Source: Elusimicrobiota bacterium (lineage in GTDB: Bacteria > Elusimicrobiota > Endomicrobiia > CG1-02-37-114 > JAHJSO01). Taken from it: a stretch of DNA of 19,479 bases. The notes beneath the pieces are model-generated. The model was not told the DNA's origin, did no database searches, and saw nothing but the letters and a program-made list of their open reading frames with translations. How positions within the stretch are numbered: position 1 is the stretch's first letter; every line of letters starts with the position of its first letter. Both the position numbers and the translations under genes were made by a program. Location of the stretch: NCBI GenBank assembly GCA_043826435.1, contig JBDRQF010000039.1, positions 1-19,479 on the forward strand. Direction: 5' to 3'. Shown piece by piece: positions 8,310-17,038 of the stretch.

Positions 8310-9536
8310 ATGGACGAATTCAAAGAATTAGACGATGAACTGAAAAAACTTGAAGATGAGTACTCTGCGACGGGAGGAGACGACCTGCATGAACTTATCG
8401 TCCCCACCGCGACTGATTACTGGAAGAGAAGGGTGGATGATGACAAATCAACCTGGACGAAACTCCTGGAAACAAAAGAGAAGGAAAAGGACGCAGTAGA
8501 GCAAAAATTAGGCAAGGCGGAGGCGGAGGTTAAATCGCTCCACGAGAAAATCAAATCATTTGACAAACGGCTGGCCGAAGAACTTGCGCAGTGGCAGGAA
8601 AAATTCAGGTCAAAGGAAATTGAATTTGAGGTCTCCAGGGAGCGGATAAATTTTATAGACAAGATAAAAGACCTTGAGAGGGGGAATACATCCCTGCAGG
8701 AGAAAATTTCCGTAGCAAAGAAAGAGTCGGAAGAAAAATTAAACGAATTCATTTCTTCTCAGGACGCTCTTCTTGAAAACCTGTCTTCAATAGAGAATGA
8801 CCTGCACATCCTTGAAACAGAGTTGAACTCATACAGAGAAAAAAATCAATTGCAGGAGCAAAAGATTCTATCCAGTACAGAAAACAAAAACGTTGCTGAA
8901 AATGAGAACAAGACACTCAGAACGAAATTAGCAGAAAAGATAATAGAGAACGAAAAACACACGCAAAACATTTACAACCATATCAGTTCAGTCATTGATT
9001 ATTATACAGGCGGTATAAAAGAGGCGGCAGGAACACTGTTAGGTGTAGTTGAGTTCTGTTACAGACGCGTCGCTAAATTAGGCGCCGGTGTTTTCTTTAT
9101 GGAGAAATTCGGAATAAAGAAACAACTGGTCATTGTTGAGACGGTAATCAGCGAGATGATTGAACATCTCAGAAAAATGGCGGTTGCAGTCAGCAGCCCT
9201 CAACTTTCCACTCAGGACGTTTCCATGGACAGGTTTCTGAGCAAAATCAGTGAGGAAATAAACACATCCGCCATCCCCGAAAGAATGAAGGTCTCCGTTG
9301 ATTTGCCCGCGTTCCTCGGCGCCCTGAAATACTGGACTGAAGAGGCAACCAGCATAAGTGTCCGCTACGTTGAGGGCAAAACATCCGGCGGCGTAGAAAT
9401 GAAGATAGTAATCCCCGGCAAAACCGTCAATGATGAAAAATATCTGGAGTTGAGCAGGGTTGTGTGCGCCCACGGCTGGAGCGTTGCAATGGGCAGGCAC
9501 GAGGAGAGGCCTGCAATCTTTATTTACATATCATGA
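8310..9536 (+). CDS. Coiled-coil protein with highly degenerate histidine-kinase-like C-terminus (cassette 1, gene C)
   Basis: RBS GGAGGAGG upstream of the ATG and about 220 aa of coiled coil. The C-terminal half ends VEMKI...LSRVVCAHGWSVAM...IFIYIS, reminiscent of the HATPase end 'I...HGG.I.V.S...F.I.LP'. The G1/G2 boxes are not recognisable. It is positionally equivalent to the HK-like gene at 17039. The CDS is secure; the HK origin is tentative. Confidence 0.6.
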   Translation: MDEFKELDDELKKLEDEYSATGGDDLHELIVPTATDYWKRRVDDDKSTWTKLLETKEKEKDAVEQKLGKAEAEVKSLHEKIKSFDKRLAEELAQWQEKFRSKEIEFEVSRERINFIDKIKDLERGNTSLQEKISVAKKESEEKLNEFISSQDALLENLSSIENDLHILETELNSYREKNQLQEQKILSSTENKNVAENENKTLRTKLAEKIIENEKHTQNIYNHISSVIDYYTGGIKEAAGTLLGVVEFCYRRVAKLGAGVFFMEKFGIKKQLVIVETVISEMIEHLRKMAVAVSSPQLSTQDVSMDRFLSKISEEINTSAIPERMKVSVDLPAFLGALKYWTEEATSISVRYVEGKTSGGVEMKIVIPGKTVNDEKYLELSRVVCAHGWSVAMGRHEERPAIFIYIS

Positions 9537-10714
9537 ATAAAATTCTTTTACTTGATGACAGGAACTATGCTCGCCGTCTTGAAGACACCCTTAAAGAGGA
9601 GCAGGGTATAACCGTTAAAAAGTTTGATTCTAATAAGGAGTTATATTCTGCGGTCCTCACTGAAAAGCCCCAGATGATTATGTTGCCAGCCGGAGTTGCA
9701 GGTGCATACGCAGGCAGGCGGGTTCTCAGGAAATACCCGTTTATACCTTTCGTTGTTTACGGTGATTTCGGTAAGACGGTAAAGTCAGCCAACGGGCGTA
9801 TTGAGAAATTTCTAAACAGTGGGTTCAGCAGTTGCCTGCAGGCGCATCACCTGCTTAACAGGGATGCATTTATGTCCGCGATAAACCAGGTATTGTGGAA
9901 AGGCCTTGCGAAAGAATCAATCTGGGAGAAAGAAAGGGGTATAGCGGTTTCAGAATCCAGGTACAACCTTTTTAGGAACGCGATGAGCGTTTTTCTGGCG
10001 GCGCTTATTATGGCGGCGTTCGGTTTTGTTTACAGGGATAAAATTTTTATCAACAGGGCAATCAGGCCGGTGTTTTATAAAGTGCCATACAACAATCTTT
10101 CTGGAGCGGCCATTTCAGGGAATATTCTCTGGGCATGTGACTGGCAGACGCAGAACATATACGAGCATTCAATCGGCAGTGCGTTGCCGATACGACACGT
10201 ATTTTCATTCCCTGAAAGGAGGTTTTCAGGGATTACGGCAGGGGCAGGGCACGTCTGGACGTTGGATTCCTGGCGGAAAAAAATATACAAACATATATTT
10301 GACGAAAGGATGAATATCGTGTCTGAATTTGACACGCCCGGGCCCGTGCCGAGCGGAATCAGTTTTAATGGCAAATACATTCTGACATGTGACAATTCTA
10401 CGGGTAAACTCTATGTCCATAAGACAGACGAGAAATTAACCGTAATTAAGGACTACACCCTCCCTGACATCGCACCTATGAGTATTTTCGGAGATGGAAA
10501 ATATGTGTGGGTCCTGGACGCTAAAACGAACAAACTTTACAAATTAGTGTTCACCGATTTTGAACTGAGCATAGAGAATGTTTTTATCGTCCCACAGTTT
10601 GAAAGTTTTAAATTCTCAAGTATTACGGGCGACAAAAATTATATATGGCTCGCCTCGGAGAAGGGAAGAATGCTATACAGGTATCCGAAAGACCATCTGG
10701 AAATCAACCAATAA
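9533..10714 (+). CDS. Membrane protein: N-terminal pseudo-receiver (CheY-like) domain, one TM helix, C-terminal beta-propeller (NHL/YncE-like) (cassette 1, gene D)
   Basis: ATG 9533 overlaps the upstream TGA (ATGA). MNKILLLDD is a typical REC beta1. KPQMIMLP replaces xPDLILLD. TM segment AMSVFLAALIMAAFGFVY. Blade repeats GITAGAGHVWTLD, TPGPVPSGISFNGKYILTCD and GDGKYVWVLD. Confidence 0.75.
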   Translation: MNKILLLDDRNYARRLEDTLKEEQGITVKKFDSNKELYSAVLTEKPQMIMLPAGVAGAYAGRRVLRKYPFIPFVVYGDFGKTVKSANGRIEKFLNSGFSSCLQAHHLLNRDAFMSAINQVLWKGLAKESIWEKERGIAVSESRYNLFRNAMSVFLAALIMAAFGFVYRDKIFINRAIRPVFYKVPYNNLSGAAISGNILWACDWQTQNIYEHSIGSALPIRHVFSFPERRFSGITAGAGHVWTLDSWRKKIYKHIFDERMNIVSEFDTPGPVPSGISFNGKYILTCDNSTGKLYVHKTDEKLTVIKDYTLPDIAPMSIFGDGKYVWVLDAKTNKLYKLVFTDFELSIENVFIVPQFESFKFSSITGDKNYIWLASEKGRMLYRYPKDHLEINQ

Positions 10715-10718
10715 TAAA

Positions 10719-13700
10719 ATGATGCTTTTTTTTCTTTTATTTTTTATTTTTACTGCGGGGGTATCCGCCACTGGCATTCCGCCCGCTGCAATATCAAACC
10801 TGACAGCCCTTACAGGGAGTGTTCAGGAGGGGGACATAGTCCTTACCTGGACAGCGCCTGGCGACGACGACACCACAGGGACCTGTTCAACTTATGTTGT
10901 TAAATATGCAACTTTTCAGATAACATCTGTCCTGTTTGATTCCGTCGCCGTTTCAACTTATTCCCATGCATGGTCGGGTTTGCTGGGTGGTGACCAGACA
11001 GAAAGCCGCACAATCACCGGTTTGCTCGGTGGCACAACATATTTTTTTGCAATAAAAGCGGTTGACGATGCTGACAATTATTCTGTATGGAGTTCAAGTT
11101 ATGATGTCCCTGGAATAAACACGGCGAACTGGAGTCAATCGTGGAAGATTCCCCCCGCTGCCGTTACTACTCTTTCGGCTGACACAACCGGTTGCTATGA
11201 GGGTGAGATACGGCTTACATGGCTTGCCCCGGGTGATGATGACACAACAGGGAATATTACAGACGGGGAAATACGCATAAAACACACGCTTGACCAGAAT
11301 TATGTTTATGATGTGACTGATTTTTCAGTTGAGTTGACAACAGATACATTTGTCGGCGATCTGCAAACATATAGATTTGCAGGGTTGATACCGACTGCAA
11401 CATATTACTTCCGTGTATGGTCAAAGGATGAGTGCCCCAATAACTGGTCTCCTCTATCAAATGGTGCAACGAACTGGGCTCAGGTGGATGTTTCACCACC
11501 CGCGCCTATCACACGGATTTTTAGCGTTGAAACCGGTTTCAGGTATGTGAAAATCAGATGGACTGCGCCCGTTGAAGATGACTCGCCACAGCCATATAAT
11601 ACAGGTGCTTATGACGGAAAATATGAAATAAAATTTGCTTCTTTTGGGATAACCAACGAAACCCTGTGGCAACTTGCGACAACTTATGTAATTATTTCAA
11701 CCAACACTACGCCGGGCAAAACAGAATATTTTGCTATTACAGGGCTTACGAACGGCACGACCTACTATTTCAGTATAAAGACAGCGGACGAAGGGAACAG
11801 ATGGTCGGCAGTAAGTTCAACCCCCTCGGTAAAAATGATTCCCGTGAATACGCCGCCTGTGAGTGCATCCATGGGATTTTATCCCCAGAAAATAATTAGT
11901 TCCACGACATTTACCTTTTACTGGTCAGCATCTACGGCTACTGCGGGGTCAACCGATGAGCAATATGGCGACTTCATTTCTTCATATACTGTTTATCTTT
12001 CAACCTTCGCCCCTGCGGAAAACACCATCGGCTCAAGCACCATCACAATTACAGTTGTTCATCCTTCTTCATATTGCAGTGTGTCCAATTTAAGAGAAGA
12101 CACAACATACTGGTTTATATTTTGGACATCCGATTCTGAGAATTTTTACGCAAGTCCCTGGACTTTTGTCAGGGATGACAGATGGATATGTCCCAACTCA
12201 GTAAATTCCCCCCCACGACCATTTGTTTTGATTTCATCAGCCGGAATTGTTTCCTACCCGATGGCAAACAACATTGGTTTTGACTGGTCCGACGCAACAG
12301 ACCCTGACCCGGGTGACTTTGTCCAGTCATATTCCCTTATTATTTCCACATATACGAGTTTTGTTTCTTCCTTGACATATACAAATATTACTGCGTCCAC
12401 ATATACCCCGGGTGGATTGATTGAGAATACTACACACTGGTGGTTTGTCGTCGCCTATGACAGCGGTGCCCCCTTTGGTTATTCTATCAAGAGTACTTCG
12501 TCCAGTGCCTGGTGGATACAGGTAAACGGCACGAATGAAGCCCCGTATCCCTTTTCACTGGTTTCACCGACTACGGGGCAGATTGTCCGGACACAAACGC
12601 CGGCGTTCGGATGGCAGGCGACAACAGACCCTGACCCGGGTGATTCAATTGACTACTATCAAATATGGTATTCAAGTTACCTGAATAACCCATTCCCTTC
12701 CTTGTTTGGCGGCACCGATAACGGCGATATTTCCATAAATGCAGGGGATACAACCACTTATGTTATGCCATCTCTTGTAGAAAATGCAACATATTACTGG
12801 GGAGTGGCTGCCCTTGATAAACACCCGGGATTTTCCACCACACTTTGGTCGACAACAACCGTTAGATATTTTATAGTGAATGCCTCAAGCCAACCCCCGG
12901 TACCTGTTACCCTGTATTTGCCCAGCGGGGCGACGAAAGAAATCAGTCCGTTTTTTGATTGGTCTGACACAACAGACCCCGACCCGTTTGATTATGTTTT
13001 GTACTATCGTCTTTGTTATTCTACGAGTCCCGATTTTGCTGTCTCAATAACAACAATCACATCCGAGATTTATGCTGTGAATTCTTCAACTCAATTACCA
13101 TATAATCTGTCGCCGAGGACAACATACTACTGGAATGTCCGTGCCTACGGAAATAATGAGTCGGCCGCAGGTAACATCTGGTCGGTTTCCCCCGCTACCT
13201 TTAGTTTTTATACATCAAACAATCAGCCGAATCCTTTTGACATTATTTCACCTACCAGCACACTATCATCAACCACAATCTGGAAGGGTACAAACATAGT
13301 GAAGTTTGTGTGGGAAAACAATGGAGACCCGGATATCGGAGATACATTAACCTATACATTGCTCTATTCTTCGTATTCAAATTTCAGTGTCTGGCAGTCG
13401 TCCGCCGGGCTGGTGGTCTCAAGTGTTTCAATCACATTAAACATTGCCCAGTTTGAAAACACAACCTGCTACTGGAAGGTTGAAGCAAGGGATAACTTTG
13501 CAGAGGTCCGTGTTTCAAGTTCAACGGGTTATTTTATACTCAATGCAGTGAATTCCCCACCGTCAGCACCTGCCCTTTCTGCGCCGAGCAGCGGGACAAT
13601 AGTGAATTCTTCAACCCCGACTTTTTCATGGTCAGCATCTTCAGATATAGACCCCGGGGACTTTGTTCTTGATTACACGGTATATTACTCAAGTAATAAT

Positions 13701-15512
13701 TTTATTACTGTCCAGTCAAGCGCCGGGATAAAGAAAACAAGTTTTGTGCCGACAATAGCCCTTGTTGAAAACGCCACATACAGATGGAATGTCAGTGCGA
13801 GGGACTCCGAGGGGATATTTTCAAATATTTCTACAACATGGTCGGTTATAATAAGTAGTGTAAACGAAATCCCCGACCCATTTGATTTGGTTTTACCCTC
13901 GGGGACGGTTAAGACAAGGGCGCCGCGGTTTGTCTGGGGTCCTGCAAACATCACCGAGTATTTTGAGACGCACAGGTATAAACTTAACTACGGGTTTGGT
14001 ACCAGCGACTGGACGATTTCAACAGAGACAATCGGCTCTGCAACATTTTATCAACTATCAGGCACTGGTTTAGAGGTTCTTGCCGAGAATACAACATACT
14101 GGTGGGAAGTTGAAGCAGTTGACTCTATCGGGCAGACGAGAAAGTCCACCCAGAAATTTTATATATTTATAAGTTCAACAAACGAGCCACCGAACCATTT
14201 CTCTATCATTTCTCCGTTGGAGAGTTCCAGTATAAACACCAGGACACCACTTTTAACCTGGCAGAAGGCGACAGACCCTGATGAGCCGGCCGGCGACAGG
14301 ATTTTAAGTTATACACTTACATACTCCACATCCACGGATTTCTCTTTACCCATAATCCATTCAGGTATTACTGAAACTTCCTGGCAGGTGCCTTCGTCTG
14401 AAAAACTTCTGCAGGGCGCTACATATTACTGGAAGGTTACCGCCTTTGATACAAAAGGCAGTAGCGCCACCACTTCTGTCGGGAAATTTTTTGTTTTAGA
14501 AATTAACAAATTACCCCCGCCCAGGTATTGGACCCGGAGAGAACTTTTAGATGGCGGAAAAAAGTTCTTTATAGAATGGCAGCAGGTCTCAAGGTTTGAA
14601 GATGGCACGACGATAACGGAACCGGGTAAGGAGATATACGGCTACAACGTTTATCGATCAAACAGCCCGACCGGAACGTTTGAAAAGGCGGGCGCCACGG
14701 TCGGCTATAATTCATACGCATGGACTGACAACTCCGTTGACGGCCGGACGTATTACTATCTGGTGAGAACACTAACGCCGACGGGGCTTGAAAGCGGCGA
14801 TTCGGATATGGTGTCTTCTGAAATATCACCCGCTGTTGTTATAATGAGCAATCAGAAGGATGCTCATCTTTCTATTTCGGGCGACCTTTCCGACAAAATG
14901 AGAATCAATCAGGAAAAGGCATGGCTCGTTAAAGATGGCGCAGAGTGTGAAATAAGGGTTACAAAAATGGATTCTAAGGGCGTGGAGACAGAACAGAAGG
15001 ACTACAAGTTTGGCTCGCCTGTGATATTGAATTTCAGGTATACTCTCTCCCTCTGGGCGGGTATATCCGCCCAAACACAGCAGGGCGCTTCACCGTCAAT
15101 TTTCTGGCACAACGGGGTTGAGTTCATAAACCTGGGGGGGATAAGGGATACAACAAAAGGAGAAATGTCCGTAAGGATCAATCAGTCAGGGAGATATAAA
15201 TTAGACACGGTGTTTGAAAAGGATTTTTCATTCAGTATTTATCCGAGCAAGATATTTACTCCGAATAAGGACGGGAAATGGGATGAAATAAAATTTAATT
15301 ACATCAATAGGACGGGGGAACAGGTTTCAGGCGCTGTGTATGATTTGTACGGCGGGTTTGTTTCAAACATGGCGTCAAAGTCGGACAGCGGGGATTATCT
15401 TTCCTGGGACGGCAGGTATCAGGGCGGGGAGCCGGCGAGGAAAGGGATGTACATCTATCAGATTAAATACGGGAACAGGGCATGGACAGGGACGATAATA
15501 CTGGCAAGATGA
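10719..15512 (+). CDS. Large secreted FN3/Ig-like repeat surface protein with C-terminal CHU_C/T9SS type B-like sorting domain (cassette 2, gene A)
   Basis: Hydrophobic signal MMLFFLLFFIFTAGVSA starts 4 nt after the upstream stop. Three N-terminal FN3 domains (PPAAISNLTA...LTWTAPGDD...TTYFFAIKAVD), about 8 DPDPGD-type repeats, and another FN3. C-terminus YPSKIFTPNKDGKWDE...VYDLYG...LSWDGR...GMYIYQIK...GTIILAR. Confidence 0.85.
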   Translation: MMLFFLLFFIFTAGVSATGIPPAAISNLTALTGSVQEGDIVLTWTAPGDDDTTGTCSTYVVKYATFQITSVLFDSVAVSTYSHAWSGLLGGDQTESRTITGLLGGTTYFFAIKAVDDADNYSVWSSSYDVPGINTANWSQSWKIPPAAVTTLSADTTGCYEGEIRLTWLAPGDDDTTGNITDGEIRIKHTLDQNYVYDVTDFSVELTTDTFVGDLQTYRFAGLIPTATYYFRVWSKDECPNNWSPLSNGATNWAQVDVSPPAPITRIFSVETGFRYVKIRWTAPVEDDSPQPYNTGAYDGKYEIKFASFGITNETLWQLATTYVIISTNTTPGKTEYFAITGLTNGTTYYFSIKTADEGNRWSAVSSTPSVKMIPVNTPPVSASMGFYPQKIISSTTFTFYWSASTATAGSTDEQYGDFISSYTVYLSTFAPAENTIGSSTITITVVHPSSYCSVSNLREDTTYWFIFWTSDSENFYASPWTFVRDDRWICPNSVNSPPRPFVLISSAGIVSYPMANNIGFDWSDATDPDPGDFVQSYSLIISTYTSFVSSLTYTNITASTYTPGGLIENTTHWWFVVAYDSGAPFGYSIKSTSSSAWWIQVNGTNEAPYPFSLVSPTTGQIVRTQTPAFGWQATTDPDPGDSIDYYQIWYSSYLNNPFPSLFGGTDNGDISINAGDTTTYVMPSLVENATYYWGVAALDKHPGFSTTLWSTTTVRYFIVNASSQPPVPVTLYLPSGATKEISPFFDWSDTTDPDPFDYVLYYRLCYSTSPDFAVSITTITSEIYAVNSSTQLPYNLSPRTTYYWNVRAYGNNESAAGNIWSVSPATFSFYTSNNQPNPFDIISPTSTLSSTTIWKGTNIVKFVWENNGDPDIGDTLTYTLLYSSYSNFSVWQSSAGLVVSSVSITLNIAQFENTTCYWKVEARDNFAEVRVSSSTGYFILNAVNSPPSAPALSAPSSGTIVNSSTPTFSWSASSDIDPGDFVLDYTVYYSSNNFITVQSSAGIKKTSFVPTIALVENATYRWNVSARDSEGIFSNISTTWSVIISSVNEIPDPFDLVLPSGTVKTRAPRFVWGPANITEYFETHRYKLNYGFGTSDWTISTETIGSATFYQLSGTGLEVLAENTTYWWEVEAVDSIGQTRKSTQKFYIFISSTNEPPNHFSIISPLESSSINTRTPLLTWQKATDPDEPAGDRILSYTLTYSTSTDFSLPIIHSGITETSWQVPSSEKLLQGATYYWKVTAFDTKGSSATTSVGKFFVLEINKLPPPRYWTRRELLDGGKKFFIEWQQVSRFEDGTTITEPGKEIYGYNVYRSNSPTGTFEKAGATVGYNSYAWTDNSVDGRTYYYLVRTLTPTGLESGDSDMVSSEISPAVVIMSNQKDAHLSISGDLSDKMRINQEKAWLVKDGAECEIRVTKMDSKGVETEQKDYKFGSPVILNFRYTLSLWAGISAQTQQGASPSIFWHNGVEFINLGGIRDTTKGEMSVRINQSGRYKLDTVFEKDFSFSIYPSKIFTPNKDGKWDEIKFNYINRTGEQVSGAVYDLYGGFVSNMASKSDSGDYLSWDGRYQGGEPARKGMYIYQIKYGNRAWTGTIILAR

Positions 15513-15527
15513 AAAAGATAACTGATG

Positions 15528-15594
15528 GATTGCCACGCCCCTTCGGGGCTCGCAATGACACTCTGATTGCCACGCCCTTCGGGCTCGCAATGAC
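15528..15594. repeat. Two head-to-tail REP-like palindromic units
   Basis: GATTGCCACGCCCCTTCGGGGCTCGCAATGACA (15528-15560) and GATTGCCACGCCCTTCGGGCTCGCAATGAC (15565-15594). The second is the exact reverse complement of the 30-nt core of the 19344 array unit. Confidence 0.92.
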
Positions 15595-15597
15595 GCT

Positions 15598-17019
15598 ATG
15601 AGTCAAATGAAAAGGATAACATTACTGGTTTTTATTGCAGTGGTATTTCCGGCGCAGTATGTTTTTGCTGATTTTGAATTCCTGGGCGCCGGGGCAAGGC
15701 CTGCCGGTTTAGGCAACTGCTATACCGCCATCGCCGACGACGTTTACGGAATATATTACAACCCCGGGGCAGTGGCTTTTATTAGGAATCCCCAGGTTGG
15801 GACTGAGTATTCCCGGCTGTGGCTCGGCCTTACCGACGAGAGCGACCTTTCCAGGGGGTATATGGGATACATCCACCCACTGAAAGACGGCAGAACTTCA
15901 TTAGGGTTTTCATGGCAGAGTTTTTCACTTGCCGGCTATTATACGGAAAATACATATACGGCAGCAGTAAGCAGGGCGGTGTCCGAAACGATCGGGTTAG
16001 GGCTCGCGATAAAGCAACTCAACCAGAACTACGTAATGGACGGTTATACGCAGACAGACCCTGTCTTTGATTACGGCAGGAGGAATACAAAATCGGTTAT
16101 AGGGCTTGACCCGGGGGTACTCTGGAATATTTATCCGGATTATTTTATCGGTGCATCGCTTGTGAACTTCAACCAGCCCGATATAGGGCTTAACGAAAAA
16201 GAACTTCTCCCTATGACGATAAACGTCGCTTTCGCATACAGGCACAATTACAACGTATCGCTGGCATACAGGCAGACCTACGAATACAGGAACACGTTTA
16301 ATTTCACGTTAGGCGCTACGGCGGTTGAATCCGACATAAAAATAAATACGGGCATGGAAAAATGGTTCAGTAAAAAAACGTGGGCGTTGCGGACCGGGAT
16401 GGGGTTTGGTTCAGGGCAGTCATTCAGTTATAACATAGGCGCCAGTTTAAAATACAAATCCGCCCGTCTGGACTACGCCTTCGGCTTTCCGTTCGGAGGA
16501 GTGGTGAATACAATGGGTACGCACCGCGCTGCAATCGTATATGAGTTTACCCTGGATGGCGGGACGCAGGAGTTTTCGTCGGTGGACTTTGAGAAGGAAA
16601 AGAGGCGGCTTACGGACGCTTACGAAACCCAGATAAGGCAGTTGAAAAACAAAATTCTTGAACTGGAGATTATTGCGGATGAGGCGAAGAAAACCCAGCC
16701 GTCGGACGTCTATCAACTGAACGTCCGCATCCGTGAACTTGAAACCCAACTGAAAGAGTCGCAGCAGCGGCTGAAGGAAACGCAGAGGGGCGGGGTATCC
16801 CCGCCGGGTATCGCACCGCAACCGGCAGTGGAACCGGTAAAACGGGTTCCGGAAAAACCAAAAAGGACGACTTACACGGTAAAACCGGGTGACACACTGC
16901 CGTCCATTGCAGACAAATTCTGGGGCGACACATCGCAGTGGCGTAAGATATACGAGGCGAATAAGGATAAAATCAAAAGGGGACAGATAGAGCCGGGACA
17001 GGTACTGGTTATACCGTAA
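15598..17019 (+). CDS. PorV/PorQ- or PorP/SprF-like outer-membrane beta-barrel with coiled-coil stalk and C-terminal LysM domain (cassette 2, gene B)
   Basis: Signal peptide MKRITLLVFIAVVFPAQYVFA (alternative ATG 15607). GARPAGLGNCYTAIADDVYGIYYNPG motif. EYSRLWLGLTDESDLSRGY matches EYSKLYQGLDDGSDLSNGY of the paralog at 6846. The barrel ends LDYAF...GTHRAAIVYEF. LysM: YTVKPGDTLPSIADKFWGDTSQWRKIYEANKD...IEPGQVLVIP. Confidence 0.82.
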   Translation: MSQMKRITLLVFIAVVFPAQYVFADFEFLGAGARPAGLGNCYTAIADDVYGIYYNPGAVAFIRNPQVGTEYSRLWLGLTDESDLSRGYMGYIHPLKDGRTSLGFSWQSFSLAGYYTENTYTAAVSRAVSETIGLGLAIKQLNQNYVMDGYTQTDPVFDYGRRNTKSVIGLDPGVLWNIYPDYFIGASLVNFNQPDIGLNEKELLPMTINVAFAYRHNYNVSLAYRQTYEYRNTFNFTLGATAVESDIKINTGMEKWFSKKTWALRTGMGFGSGQSFSYNIGASLKYKSARLDYAFGFPFGGVVNTMGTHRAAIVYEFTLDGGTQEFSSVDFEKEKRRLTDAYETQIRQLKNKILELEIIADEAKKTQPSDVYQLNVRIRELETQLKESQQRLKETQRGGVSPPGIAPQPAVEPVKRVPEKPKRTTYTVKPGDTLPSIADKFWGDTSQWRKIYEANKDKIKRGQIEPGQVLVIP

Positions 17020-17038
17020 AAAAGGCGAGGAGATTTTA

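Noticed and set aside
9464..9532. N-terminal extension of the REC-propeller ORF (track start 9464)
   Set aside because: It overlaps the upstream gene by 73 nt. ATG 9533 gives an ATGA overlap and a canonical MNKILLLDD start.
10578..10718. N-terminal extension of the 1644-aa ORF
   Set aside because: It lies largely inside the upstream CDS. The signal peptide begins at ATG 10719/10722.
15375..15590. Minus-strand 71-aa ORF containing CHCEPRRGVAI
   Set aside because: It is a translation of the REP units plus antisense of the giant gene.
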